Positions 1 to 13,280 of a stretch of 64,000 bases of DNA are shown here, piece by piece. Made by a program: the position numbers and the translations under genes. The stretch comes from an uncultured Acidobacteriaceae bacterium. Lineage in GTDB: Bacteria > Acidobacteriota > Terriglobia > Terriglobales > Acidobacteriaceae. The notes beneath the pieces were generated by a model, which searched no databases, was not told the DNA's origin, and saw only the letters and a program-made list of their open reading frames with translations. Numbering within the stretch: the stretch's first letter is position 1; each line of letters starts with the position of its first letter. The stretch spans positions 36,034-100,033 of the forward strand of contig CAVTYG010000007.1 of assembly GCA_963738905.1 (NCBI GenBank), given 5' to 3'.

Positions 1-799
1 CGGTACGCTCGTCGCGATACTTCACGATGACGGGCGTATAGAGGGATAGTCCCCATTCGGCTGCGTTGCCCTTGGTAATCGCACGCGAGCCGGGTACAAC
101 TACAGCGCGAGCCGGCACGTGAAGAGGTCCGGTTTCACTGGAGCGATGAATGGTCCCATTGGGAATATCGAACAGCGGAGTCGAACGCGTGAGGATCACT
201 CCGGCTCCCAACACCGCGCCCGCCCCGACTTGCGTGCCTTCGTAGACGCCGCAATTGCCGCCGACGAGAACTTCGTCTTCGATAATGACCGGCGAAGCGT
301 TAATCGGCTCCAGCACACCGCCAATTTGTGCCGCCGCGCTGATGTGCACGCGTTTACCGATCTGCGCGCAGGAGCCGACGAGCGCGTGCGAATCCACCAT
401 TGAACCTTCGTCCACGTAGGCCCCGACGTTGATGTACATCGGCGGCATACATACGACCGAGGGCGCGACGTAGGCGCCGGCCCGCACCGACGAGCCGCCG
501 GGCACTACGCGCACCTTGTCACTGGTCGTGAAATTACGAATGGGATAGGTATCTTTATCGACGAAGCCGAGCACGTCAGGATCGCCGCTCTGCACCAGGG
601 CGCCGATGCGAAATCCCAAGAGGATGCCTTTCTTCACCCAGGCATTCGTCCGCCAGCTTCCATTGATTTTCTCGGCGGCGCGGATCTCGCCGTCTGTCAG
701 AGCATCGCGAAACTTCAGGAATACGGAGCGGGCTTCAGGGCTGGACGCGGCATTTCCGTCGCCGTAGAGGCGCTCGATAGCAAATTGCAACTCGTGCAT
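1..799 (-). CDS. dapD: 2,3,4,5-tetrahydropyridine-2,6-dicarboxylate N-succinyltransferase; C-terminus runs off the window edge
   Basis: Manual minus-strand translation from ATG (797-799): [86 protein letters not shown]. This is the DapD N-domain plus hexapeptide-repeat region. It is absent from the ORF track because there is no stop inside the window. Confidence 0.85.
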   Translation of the reverse strand, partial: MHELQFAIERLYGDGNAASSPEARSVFLKFRDALTDGEIRAAEKINGSWRTNAWVKKGILLGFRIGALVQSGDPDVLGFVDKDTYPIRNFTTSDKVRVVPGGSSVRAGAYVAPSVVCMPPMYINVGAYVDEGSMVDSHALVGSCAQIGKRVHISAAAQIGGVLEPINASPVIIEDEVLVGGNCGVYEGTQVGAGAVLGAGVILTRSTPLFDIPNGTIHRSSETGPLHVPARAVVVPGSRAITKGNAAEWGLSLYTPVIVKYRDERT

Positions 800-837
800 G
801 TTGCGGGAAGTATAAATGACACGCGATGGCTGCGAAT

Positions 838-1743
838 CTACTGCACGGTTACCGAGTGAGGCTGCAACAATCCCACCTCGCTGACAACCTTCTCCAGTTT
901 GGCGCGGTTCTCCGGCCGCATGGGTACTATTGGCAGCCGGTAGACTTCTTCAATTCGCCCCATCATCGAGAGAACGGCCTTGGCAGGCCCGGGGTTAGAC
1001 TCCATGAAGTTGGCCTGCATCAGCGGCAGGTATCGACGGAAGATGGAACGCGCAACGTCCCATTTGTTGGCCAAGGCGGCTTGCGTCAGGCGTGTCATCT
1101 CTGCCGGGATCTCGTTCGACACAACAGAGACGATGCCCGCGCCGCCCAGTCCGATGACAGCAAGCGTGATTGCATCGTCACCTGAGAACACCACGAAATC
1201 TTCCGGCATGGTCGCGCAGACTTCGGCGATTTGAGCGATGTTTCCGCTGGCTTCTTTTACGCCAATGATGTTCGGAATTTCGGTTAACCGCCGGAGTGTC
1301 GAAGTTTCGATGTTGGTTCCGGTACGACCCGCGATGTTATACAGGATGACTGGCTTCTGCGAAGCGTCCGCTATCGCGCGGAAATGCTGGTAAACACCCT
1401 CTTGCGTCGGCTTGTTGTAGTAGGGCGTTGCGCTCAGAACGTAATCGACACCTTCACGCGCGGACACTTCGCGCGTCTTGGCAACTGCTTCTTCGGTGTT
1501 GTTGGACGTCGCACCCGCCATGATGGGCACGCGCCCGGCGGCGGTTTCGATGGTCACGTCGATCACACGCAGCCACTCGTCATGCGTGAGAGTTGGCGTC
1601 TCGCCAGTTGTTCCGCAGGGCACCAGAAAGTCGATTCCTGAAGCCACCTGCCACCCCACGAGCTGGCGCAGCGCCATCTCGTCAACGCTGCCGTCTCGCT
1701 GAAAAGGAGTTACCAGGGCGGTGCCGCATCCGCGTAGTGTCAT
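838..1743 (-). CDS. dapA: 4-hydroxy-tetrahydrodipicolinate synthase
   Basis: 301 aa; [33 protein letters not shown] are typical DapA motifs; sits in the dap operon. Confidence 0.95.
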   Translation of the reverse strand: MTLRGCGTALVTPFQRDGSVDEMALRQLVGWQVASGIDFLVPCGTTGETPTLTHDEWLRVIDVTIETAAGRVPIMAGATSNNTEEAVAKTREVSAREGVDYVLSATPYYNKPTQEGVYQHFRAIADASQKPVILYNIAGRTGTNIETSTLRRLTEIPNIIGVKEASGNIAQIAEVCATMPEDFVVFSGDDAITLAVIGLGGAGIVSVVSNEIPAEMTRLTQAALANKWDVARSIFRRYLPLMQANFMESNPGPAKAVLSMMGRIEEVYRLPIVPMRPENRAKLEKVVSEVGLLQPHSVTVQ

Positions 1744-1791
1744 GCCTTCCGTACCTCTTGCCCGAATTGTATGGCCAACCGGCTGTGAAAA

Positions 1792-2487
1792 TCAGAGCTG
1801 ACTGAAAATATCCCTGAAGTCGTAGAAGCCCGTTTTGCCAATGACCCACTCTGCCGCCAGGACCGCTCCTTCGGCGAACGTCCGTCGCGACTTTACGTCG
1901 TGGCTCAGGGTGATCGTGTCCCCAACCGATGAAAGCTCGAGGGCATGCACTCCCATGACGTCGCCTTCTCGTTTCGACGTGATTTCCACTTTCACGCCCG
2001 CCGCATCGGCAACAATATTCCGTAACGCTACCGCCGTTCCTGATGGCGCGTCCTTCTTATGGACGTGGTGCGTTTCGGTGATGTGCCCGGAGTAGCCATG
2101 TCGCAGCGCCGCCGCAGCTTCTCGCGCTATCTGGAAGAACAGGTTTACGCCGTACGAGAAGTTTGCTCCGAAGACGAGCCCGCAGCCTGCGCTTTCGACT
2201 TCTTCGCGCACCCGGTTCAACTCGGCATACCAGCCGGTCGTGCCCACCACCATTGGCTTCCTGGCGGCAACGCAAGCCGAGATGTTCGCGAGTACAGCCC
2301 CCGGTTCGGTGAAGTCGATGACTGCGTCCACATCGTGCAGATTCGCCGCCGTCAGCCAGGTTCCATTGAGATTGTGTGCTTCCGTGAGGACCGTAATTCG
2401 GTGGCCGCGTTCCACAGCGATCTCCGCCACCACTGAGCCGGTCTTCCCGTTACCCAGCAGGACGAAATGTCGCCGTGGGGGACTCAA
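1792..2487 (-). CDS. dapB: 4-hydroxy-tetrahydrodipicolinate reductase (short form)
   Basis: 231 aa; N-terminal Rossmann segment, GTTGW, and ETHHVHKKDAPSGTA signature; 4-nt overlap with the lysC stop. Confidence 0.9.
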   Translation of the reverse strand: MSPPRRHFVLLGNGKTGSVVAEIAVERGHRITVLTEAHNLNGTWLTAANLHDVDAVIDFTEPGAVLANISACVAARKPMVVGTTGWYAELNRVREEVESAGCGLVFGANFSYGVNLFFQIAREAAAALRHGYSGHITETHHVHKKDAPSGTAVALRNIVADAAGVKVEITSKREGDVMGVHALELSSVGDTITLSHDVKSRRTFAEGAVLAAEWVIGKTGFYDFRDIFSQL

Positions 2488-3857
2488 TCGAATACCTCGG
2501 GATCGACTTCCGAGAAGAACCGCGAATGGAGGCGCTGAATCGTGCCAGGCACGTCCGCTTCCTCCACGACGAACGACATGTTGATCTCTGAGGCGCCCTG
2601 GGAAATCATACGCACGTTAATGTCTTTCACGGCGTCGAACACCTGCGCCGCGACGCCCGGACGCTCGCGAATGCTCTCGCCAACCAGGCAGATAATCGCC
2701 TGCCGCCCGGAAAACTTCACGTACGCCAGCTTCTCCAGGTCTGCAGCGATTGCCGGTATCGCTTCGTTCGAGTCGACCGTTACGGAGATACTGACTTCCG
2801 AAGTGGACACGATATCGATCGCACATTTATGTCGCGCGAAGATCTCGAAGACAGACGCCAGGAAACCATGCGCCATCAGCATGCGGGCTGCAACGATTTC
2901 GATGATGGTGATGCGCTGCTTCGCGGCAATCGCCTTAAAGAGCGTCTTCGACTTTTGTGTTCGTGCGACGATCCGCGTTCCCTCGTTCTCCGGATTGCGT
3001 GAGTTCAGCACCAGCACCGGAATGTTCTTCTCCACCGCCGGCAGCACCGTTGCCGGATGCAAGACTTTCGCGCCGAAGTACGCTAACTCCGCCGCTTCAT
3101 CGAAGCTGATGACCTTGATGCGGTGCGCGTCCGGGCAAATTCGCGGATCGGTCGTCTTCATGCCGTCAACGTCGGTCCAGATCTCGATACGCGTCGCGTT
3201 AAGACCAGCGCCAGCCAGCGCCGCCGAGAAATCCGAGCCGCCGCGCCCAATCGTTGTCGTGATGCCTTCGCGCGTCGATCCGATGAATCCGCCCATCACC
3301 GGCACGCGGCCCTCGGCGATGAGCGGTGCAGCGTGGACTTGCAATTGATGATTGATCTCGTCCACCTGCGGAATCGCCCGGCCATGCTGCCCGTCGGTCA
3401 CGATGACTTGCCGCGCATCAAGTAGCGTCGCCGGTATGTCGCGCGCCACGAACGCCGCCGTAATAATGATGCTCGACAACCGTTCGCCGAACGAAACAAC
3501 GTAGTCGGATGTGCGTGGCGTCAGTTCGCCCACCGCTGTAATGCCGCGGAGCAGTTGCTCGAGCGAATCAAATTCTCCGTGCAGTTCCGAGTGCAGCTCG
3601 GTGAAGAGTCCTGTACCCAGCAATTCGCCTGCGGTATTGAAGTGCCGCTCGCGTACCTGGTGACACAACTCCAGCGCCTTGTCGCGGTCACCGTTTCCCG
3701 CCGCCGCTGCCATCGTCAGCAACGTGTCGGTGACTTTCGACATGGCACTGACGACCACATACGGCCGCTCCGGCAGCCGGCCTTTAACGATTCCGGCAAT
3801 TCGGTCGATGGCCGTGGCATCTTCGACGGAGGTCCCGCCGAATTTCATCACGATCAC
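2484..3857 (-). CDS. lysC: aspartate kinase
   Basis: 457 aa; starts MIVMKFGGTSV, has GRGGSDFSAA and C-terminal ACT-like repeats. Confidence 0.95.
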   Translation of the reverse strand: MIVMKFGGTSVEDATAIDRIAGIVKGRLPERPYVVVSAMSKVTDTLLTMAAAAGNGDRDKALELCHQVRERHFNTAGELLGTGLFTELHSELHGEFDSLEQLLRGITAVGELTPRTSDYVVSFGERLSSIIITAAFVARDIPATLLDARQVIVTDGQHGRAIPQVDEINHQLQVHAAPLIAEGRVPVMGGFIGSTREGITTTIGRGGSDFSAALAGAGLNATRIEIWTDVDGMKTTDPRICPDAHRIKVISFDEAAELAYFGAKVLHPATVLPAVEKNIPVLVLNSRNPENEGTRIVARTQKSKTLFKAIAAKQRITIIEIVAARMLMAHGFLASVFEIFARHKCAIDIVSTSEVSISVTVDSNEAIPAIAADLEKLAYVKFSGRQAIICLVGESIRERPGVAAQVFDAVKDINVRMISQGASEINMSFVVEEADVPGTIQRLHSRFFSEVDPEVFD

Positions 3858-3897
3858 GGCGCTACCACCGTTGGGGGAAGTGGACTTGCATCGGTGT

Positions 3898-4953
3898 TCA
3901 CGATAGGAAGCCCTGAACTTTCAGTAGCTCGGCATTCAGCAATGCCGCGCCGGCAGCTCCACGGATCGTATTATGCGAGAGCACAGTGAACTTGTAGTCC
4001 AGCACGCCGCAGGGACGCAGCCGTCCGACGCTCACGGTCATGCCTTCGCCACGATCGAGATCAAACCGCGGCTGCGGCCGGTCGGGTGCCGAGTCATAAA
4101 CCACTGGCCGCTCCGGCGCCAGCGGACACCCCATCTCATGCGGTTGCGACGGGAAATCGCGAAACGCCGCGATAACTTCCTCCGCGTCCACCTTCTGCTT
4201 CAACTTCACCGACACCGATTCCGTATGTCCGTCTTCCACCGCAACGCGGTTGCAGTGCGCCGTCATGCTGAATGGCGCGTCCTCGACGCGATGGCTGTTC
4301 AGCTTTCCGAGGAGCTTTTTCGTCTCCTCTTCCATCTTCTCTTCTTCGTTCTTGATGAACGGAATCACATTGCCCAGAATGTCGAGCGACGCCACCCCGG
4401 GATATCCCGCTCCGCTCACCGCCTGCATCGTGGTCACAAACACCGACTCGATACCGAACTTCTGCTGCAGTGGCGCCAACGCGACGACCAGCCCGATGGC
4501 CGAGCAATTCGGATTGGTGACGATGAATCCTCCCGACTTCTTTCGCCAGCATTGCTGCTCGATCAGCGCAAGATGCTCGGCGTTCACTTCGGGAATCACC
4601 AACGGCACATCTTCCTGCATGCGAAACGCCGACGAGTTGCTGACCACCGCGCATCCCGCTTCGGCAAACTTCGGCTCGAGTTCGCGAGCGATCCCCGCAT
4701 CCAGCGCGGCGAAAATCACGCGTGGCGCCCCGTCGGGTCCTGCCGGCGAAACCGTCATCTTCGTTACCCGCTCCGGAACTTCCGTCTTCAGCCGCCAGCG
4801 CACTGCGTCGCCATAAGCCTTGCCTTCCGAGCGGTCCGACGCCGCCAGCCATGCAACTTCGAACCACGGATGGTTCTCCAGCAACTGGATGAAACGCTGT
4901 CCGACTACACCGGTGGCGCCCAGGATTCCGACGGGAATTTTTGACTGTGACAT
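3898..4953 (-). CDS. asd: aspartate-semialdehyde dehydrogenase
   Basis: 351 aa; GILGATGVVGQRF Rossmann segment, NPNCSAIGL active-site Cys region, SHNTIRGAAG near the C-terminus. Confidence 0.95.
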   Translation of the reverse strand: MSQSKIPVGILGATGVVGQRFIQLLENHPWFEVAWLAASDRSEGKAYGDAVRWRLKTEVPERVTKMTVSPAGPDGAPRVIFAALDAGIARELEPKFAEAGCAVVSNSSAFRMQEDVPLVIPEVNAEHLALIEQQCWRKKSGGFIVTNPNCSAIGLVVALAPLQQKFGIESVFVTTMQAVSGAGYPGVASLDILGNVIPFIKNEEEKMEEETKKLLGKLNSHRVEDAPFSMTAHCNRVAVEDGHTESVSVKLKQKVDAEEVIAAFRDFPSQPHEMGCPLAPERPVVYDSAPDRPQPRFDLDRGEGMTVSVGRLRPCGVLDYKFTVLSHNTIRGAAGAALLNAELLKVQGFLS

Positions 4954-4957
4954 TGTC

Positions 4958-4975
4958 TGTAAAAATTAGTTTACA
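4958..4975. promoter_or_regulatory. perfect inverted repeat TGTAAA-N6-TTTACA, 4 nt upstream of the asd start codon
   Basis: Read directly from the sequence. No Shine-Dalgarno-like purine tract lies between it and the ATG. Confidence 0.25.
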
Positions 4976-5032
4976 TCACGTTGCAGCGACGAAAAGCGCG
5001 CCGAAACCCTCGCCCGCGATTGGTGGCGGGCC

Positions 5033-5661
5033 TCACTTACGCGGCTTGAGGCCCAACTTTTCGGCGATCTCCGTCGCGATTTTCGCGACGTCTTTTCCCG
5101 CCGTCGCAATGGTCACCGACGCTGTCCGATAGAAGGGAAGCCGCTCTTCGTAGAGTCGAACGAACGCCTCCCGGTCGGCCGCCAGAGGTCGCGGATTCTC
5201 CGCATCGTGTGCAGCCTCGGTTTCACACCGCTGCAGCATCTCCTCAACCGAGGTGTCGAGAAAGACCGTCACCGCTGCGTGCGCAACCAATGCTTCCACA
5301 TTGCGCGACTGCACAAACGCTCCGCCACCCAGTGCAATCACCGTCGGACCGTCGCACCCAGCCAGGCACTCCCGCAGGGCCCGTGTTCGATCTCCCGGAA
5401 CCGCGCCTCACCGTGACGCCGAAAAAGTTGCCGGATCTCCGCGCCCTCCTGCATCTCGATCACGCGATCGAGATCGACGCATCGCCATCCCAGCAGCTCC
5501 GCGAGGGCCTGTGCCGTCGTGGTTTTGCCGCTGCCCATGAAGCCCGTCAGTACCACTATCGGGTGAGCCGAAGCGGTCGCGGTCGTGTCAGAGCTGGAAG
5601 GGCTGTGCATCCGCAGTCGATCAAGCAACGCAGAATCAGTATCTTTCGCGCATTCTAGCAT
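5033..5661 (-). pseudogene. aroK: shikimate kinase, reading frame broken by an apparent 1-nt deletion (pseudogene or sequence error)
   Basis: The N-terminal ORF (5338-5661) carries the P-loop GFMGSGKTT. The C-terminal ORF (5033-5341) starts at the VIALGGGAF motif. Adding one base in GGGCCC (5377-5382) gives ..FREIEHGALRECLAGCDGPTVIALGGGAF.. as one continuous protein. Confidence 0.8.
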
Positions 5662-6130
5662 CGCACTTCCGGCCCATGACCCATCGGTCGTAGTGCCATT
5701 GCCACCAAATAGGGATTTCCACCACTAACAACCAGCACTAATCTCCGCGACATGCAATTAATTCAGATTGGCCAGTCACCCATCCTCACCGTCCATCAGA
5801 TGATCGATCAGATGGCTGTGCGTCAGTTCAGCGAGATCGAGGAACTCAAGCAAGCCGCGCTCGCCCGCCACGCCAATTCGACGGCTCGTCGCAGCGCCAA
5901 TGTTCGCTCGGCCTCGCATCGCACCCGTTGCCAATCCGCCGCACGCTAGACCGGCGGCTGCGTTTCGCATCGACCGCAAGCCTCTAGTTCCTGCCTTTGC
6001 ACAAGCCAACATCAGTCAGTAAAATAGTGCCTTACGGCGCGGTACCGTCTCACCACTTGATATAGGTAGTCTCGTCCGCGAAGTCTGTTAATTCCGAGCT
6101 GGGTGTCGCTTATCGATCAGGCAATAATTC

Positions 6131-6868
6131 ATGCCTTTAAAGCAGTCGGAAGCAATTGTTTTGCGAACGTATCCGCTGCGTGAAGCCGATCTTCTGGTCA
6201 CCCTGTTCACCCGCATCGAGGGCAAGGTCAAGGGTGTGGCGCGCTCGGCCAAGAAGTCGCGCCGGCGATTTGGCGGTGCGCTGGAACCGCTCACCTGCGT
6301 CCGCGTGCATTACGAAGATCGCGAGCGTCAGGAGTTGGCCCGGCTCGATTCCTGCGACATTCTCGAGTCGCCGCTATCGGACACGCTGGATTACCCGCGT
6401 GTCGTGGGGCTCGAACATGTTGCCGAGATGCTCGATGAGCTTCTGCCCGAGCGCGAAGCCAACGATGCGATTTATCGCCTGACGGTTTCGGTGTTGCGGC
6501 AGTTGCGTACTGGCTCAATCTGGATGCCCCTGACCTACTTCCAGCTTTGGCTGGTCAGGTTGATTGGGTTTTTGCCCGAGCTTGGGTTGTGTAGCCGGTG
6601 TGGCCGGTCGCTCAATGGGAGTCGCGCGTTTTATCACGCGTTGGCCGACGGTTTGATGTGCGCGCAGGACAAGCGGCTGGCTTCTTCGGAGTTAACTGCC
6701 GAGTCCCGAGCCGTGGCAGTGCAAATGTTCCGTACACCGCTGGAGAATTTGCCCGGCGAGGCTTGGAACGCTTCTCAGTGCGCCGACTTGCGACGCTACC
6801 TGGTGCAGATTGTCGAGCGCCATGTGGAGAAGCGATTGGTAACGGCCGTGATGTTGAATAAGTTGTAG
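6131..6868 (+). CDS. recO: DNA repair protein RecO
   Basis: 245 aa; N-terminal OB-fold segment EAIVLRTYPLREADLLVTLFT; Cys cluster CSRCGRS..C in the C-terminal half. Confidence 0.9.
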   Translation: MPLKQSEAIVLRTYPLREADLLVTLFTRIEGKVKGVARSAKKSRRRFGGALEPLTCVRVHYEDRERQELARLDSCDILESPLSDTLDYPRVVGLEHVAEMLDELLPEREANDAIYRLTVSVLRQLRTGSIWMPLTYFQLWLVRLIGFLPELGLCSRCGRSLNGSRAFYHALADGLMCAQDKRLASSELTAESRAVAVQMFRTPLENLPGEAWNASQCADLRRYLVQIVERHVEKRLVTAVMLNKL

Positions 6869-6881
6869 GGATTTGAAGGGG

Positions 6882-6937
6882 CACGGCTTTAGCCGTGTCG
6901 AATGCGCTCTTGAATTCCGAAGCGGGCTTTAGCCCGC
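6882..6937. repeat. two GC-stem/TTTA-loop hairpins (CACGGC-TTTA-GCCGTG at 6882-6897; GCGGGC-TTTA-GCCCGC at 6922-6937)
   Basis: Read directly; located between the recO stop and the glyQ start; members of the hairpin family listed in the findings. Confidence 0.6.
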
Positions 6938-6950
6938 GAAAGAAAACTAC

Positions 6951-8003
6951 TTGGCATCTTCCCCCAATCCGCTGACCTTTCAGGAACTCTTCCTTCGTCT
7001 GCAAACTTTTTGGGCTGCTCAGGGCTGCGTTCTGCAACAGCCGTACGACGTCGAAGTTGGCGCCGGAACCATGGCGCCGGAAACATTCCTGCGTGTACTT
7101 GGCCCCAAACCTTACCGCGTCGGTTACGTTCAGCCCTCGCGCCGTCCTGCCGACGGACGCTACGGCGAGAACCCCAACCGTCTCTTCAAGCACATGCAGT
7201 ACCAGGTCATCCTCAAGCCGCCGCCGGCGAATGTGCAGGACCTCTATCTCGCATCGCTCGAAGCCATCGGCATCGACCTGCGCAAGCACGACATCAAGTT
7301 CGAGGAAGACAACTGGGAATCGCCCACGCTGGGCGCCTGGGGTATCGGCTGGCAGGTGATGCTTGACGGCCTCGAAATCACACAATTCACGTACTTCCAG
7401 CAATGCGGTGGCATCGACCTCGATCCCATCTCGGCCGAGCTTACGTACGGCCTGGAGCGCATCGCGGCATTTCTCCAGGATGTGGACACTATCTACGACA
7501 TCACCTGGGTCGTCGGCCCCGATGGGCGCCCCGTAAAGTACGGCGAGATTCGCTTGCAGGATGAGTTGCAATTCTCGGTGTACAACTTCGAGCGCGCCGA
7601 CGTGGACAACGCCTGGCAGCACCTGAAGCTGTACGAGTCCGAGTGCCAGGCGTTATTGGACGAGTACCACGCCAACTTCATGCAGAAGCGTAAGTCGTCC
7701 AAAGCCGGCGATGACGGAGAAGCGAACAGCGAAAAGCCCGATTCTGGAGAATAGCGAATAGCGAAAAGCGAACAGCGTAAACGCTTCCCAGTCCTCGCCG
7801 CTTTCGACCTCTGCCTGAAGTGCTCGCATCTGTTCAACATTCTCGATGCGCGCGGAGCCATCAGCGTCACCGAGCGAGTAGGAATCATCGCCCGCATTCG
7901 TGCTCTCGCCGTCGGCGTGGCCAAGGCCTACGTCGACCAGCAGCAGGCGGAACGAGAATCGGTTCCGGTGCCACAAACTGAAAAGGTCGGGGCTGCTACT
8001 TAG
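6951..8003 (+). pseudogene. glyQ: glycine--tRNA ligase alpha subunit interrupted by an in-frame TAG at 7752-7754
   Basis: Residues 1-267 are the conserved GlyQ core ([35 protein letters not shown]..). After the TAG the same frame continues as [59 protein letters not shown].., the conserved GlyQ C-terminal segment. A real stop follows at 8001-8003. Confidence 0.85.
7724..7776 (+). repeat. heptanucleotide repeat units inside glyQ: GAACAGC GAAAAGC (7724-7737) and a tandem array GAATAGC GAATAGC GAAAAGC GAACAGC (7749-7776)
   Basis: Read directly. The in-frame TAG is nucleotides 4-6 of the first tandem unit. Confidence 0.85.
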
Positions 8004-8201
8004 TTTCATTGTTTGCGCTGTAATTGAGTTGTGATTATTAGCGGTGTAGCCGCGTAGCGGCGGAATTTGTTGTAGCCGTGGGCGTAAGCCCGCGGTCAGG
8101 TCGTGACATACGAACCCGAGCCGCGGAGCGGCGACAGAGCAGTCAGCTAGGCCTGGTGCCGGGGGCGGACGTGAACCACCTGGAGAGGCGAAAGATCACA
8201 G

Positions 8202-8286
8202 CCCAGCGCTTCAGCGCTGGGTATACGTAATAAATCGACCGAGTCCCGGTAGGGACGGCAGATGTTTTCGCGGACTTTAGTCCGCG
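8202..8286. repeat. GC-stem hairpins with TTYA or GGTA loops in the glyQ-glyS spacer (CCCAGCGC-TTCA-GCGCTGGG at 8202-8221; GTCCC-GGTA-GGGAC at 8243-8256; CGCGGAC-TTTA-GTCCGCG at 8269-8286)
   Basis: Read directly. Confidence 0.6.
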
Positions 8287-8368
8287 GAGCGAACAGCGGT
8301 TTTCCTGTGACCCCAGTCACACAACTGCAACACGAAATGCGGTAACAATAGAGAGAACGCTCTGATTC

Positions 8369-10541
8369 ATGGCTGACTTCCTTCTCGAGATCGGAACCGA
8401 AGAAATCCCGGCGCGCATGCTCGACTCCGCGCGCGACGAACTCGCACGCCGCGCCAAAGACTTGCTCGCGCGCGAACGCCTCGCCGACGCTCCCGTAATC
8501 GAGTCGTTTTCCACACCACGCCGCATCGCAGTATTGGCGCGAGAAGTCGCCCTACAGCAGCCCGATGTACACGAGCAGCTTACCGGCCCATCCCTCAAGG
8601 TTGCCTTTAAGGATGGCGTGCCCACTCCCGCTGCCGAGGCCTTCGCCCGCAAGGCCGGTGTGGCAGTCACCGCGCTGGAGAAGATCACGACTCCCAAGGG
8701 TGAATACCTCGCCGCCAGGGTGCAGAAAAAGGGGCGCACCGCGAGCGAAATTCTCGCCGAATCGTTACCCAAAGAAATCGCCGGAATCTACTGGGCCAAG
8801 AGCATGTACTGGCGCGGCAAGTCTGCCGAGCGTTTCGTGCGCCCGGTGCGCTGGATGGTTTCACTCCTCGACGACCAGGTCGTCCCCGTCGAGTTCGGAG
8901 GCATTACCGCTGGTCACTCCAGCCGGGGACACCGCATTCTCTCCAGTGGCGCGGTCGCGATTGCGAAGCCCGGCGAGTACGCGACCAAGCTCGCAGACGC
9001 GCACGTCACGGTCAGTGCCGGCGAGCGCGAACAGCGCATCCGCAAGGCCCTCGATGCCGCAACCCGCACCGTCCCCGGAGCACGCTGGCGCGAAGACAAA
9101 TCACTGCTCGACACCGTGGTCAATCTGACCGAATGTCCGTCTGTCATCCTCGGCAGCTTCGATCCAGAGTTTCTGACGCTGCCCGCGGAAGTTCTGGTCA
9201 CCGTGATGCGCGACCACCAGAAATATTTTGCGCTCGAAGACGCCGATGGCAAACTGTCACCCCACTTTCTTGCCGTCTTGAACACCGACAGCGATCCCGA
9301 CGGCCTCATCCGCCACGGCAACGAACGCGTTCTCCGCGCCCGCTTCAACGACGCGCGCTTCTTCTGGGACACCGATCAGAAGATCAATCTCCGCGAACGC
9401 GTCGAGATGCTGAAGTCGGTCACGTTCCAGAAAGATCTCGGCAGCTACTTCGACAAGACCTCGCGCATCCAGAAGCTTGGCAGCCTGATCTCCGAGGTCC
9501 TCCGCGAAGCCGGAGTCGGGGTTCGCCCGGGTGTTGTTTTTAAGGCCGCGCATCTCGCCAAGGCCGACCTCACCACCGAGTTGGTAAAAGAGTTCACTGA
9601 GCTACAGGGCATTGTGGGCGGGCTCTACGCCAAGGCGCAGCAGCTCGATTCCGCGCTTCCCAAGACGACCGCCGATGCCATCGGCGACGCCGTCTATCAC
9701 CACTACCAGCCCGAATCGGCCGACGACGAAGTTCCGCCGACGCTGGAAGGCGCAGTCCTGGCCATCGCTGACAAGGCCGACACCATTACCGGCATGTTCG
9801 CTCTCGGTTTGCAGCCCAGCGGCTCCCGGGACCCGTTCGCATTGCGTCGCGCCGCCAACGGCATTGTTCGCGTCATCGCCGAGCACAAACTTCCCCTCAC
9901 GCTGAACAAACTCTTTTCTGACGCTCGCGCCGAGTACAAAGGCACAGATGCCGAGCGCCGCTTCGACCAGAAAGTTGATTTCCGCGCTTCAGTCGATGGC
10001 TTCCTGCGCGAGCGGCTCGAGTTCTATCTGCGCGACGTGCGCGGCTTCGCTTACGATGTAGTGAACGCCGTTCTTGCCGCCGGGGCCGACGATGTTGTCG
10101 ATGCCATCGCCCGCGCCGAAGCTTTGACGCAGGTCCGCGACTCCGATGACTTCGCTTCGATCTCGGTCGCGTTCAAGCGGACCAAGAACATCCTGCGGCA
10201 GGCAAACGAAAGCGGAAAGAAAATCGCCGACCAGCTCGAACCCGACGCGTTGACCGAAGAATCGGAGAAGTCTCTGGCGAATCGTCTTCCTGAAGTCGCC
10301 ACGAAAGTCCGTCAGTTGCGCGACCAGAAGAATTACAACGCCGCTCTCACCGAAATCAGCCGTCTTCGTCAGCCGCTTGACCTGTTCTTCGACAAGGTCA
10401 TGGTCATGGTTGACGACGAGCGCGTTCGCGCCAACCGCCTGGCGCTACTGCAAACCTTGTTAAACGAATTTTCCACCATCGCCGATTTCAGCGAAATCGT
10501 TATCGAATCCAAATCTTCCTATACGCAGCAAAGGATTGATC

Positions 10542-10567
<26 letters not shown>
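8369..10567 (+). CDS. glyS: glycine--tRNA ligase beta subunit
   Basis: 732 aa; starts MADFLLEIGTEEIPARM, typical of GlyS; immediately downstream of glyQ. Confidence 0.95.
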
Positions 10568-13275
<2,708 letters not shown>

Positions 13276-13280
13276 GGTAG

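Noticed and set aside
3858-5032. Lysine (L-box) riboswitch or T-box leader in front of lysC or asd
   Set aside because: The lysC-asd spacer is 40 nt and the asd-aroK spacer is 79 nt, both far too short for those leaders.
6612-7622. 336-aa minus-strand ORF opposite recO/glyQ
   Set aside because: It spans an intergenic repeat region and two well-supported plus-strand genes, and its composition is that of a shadow ORF.
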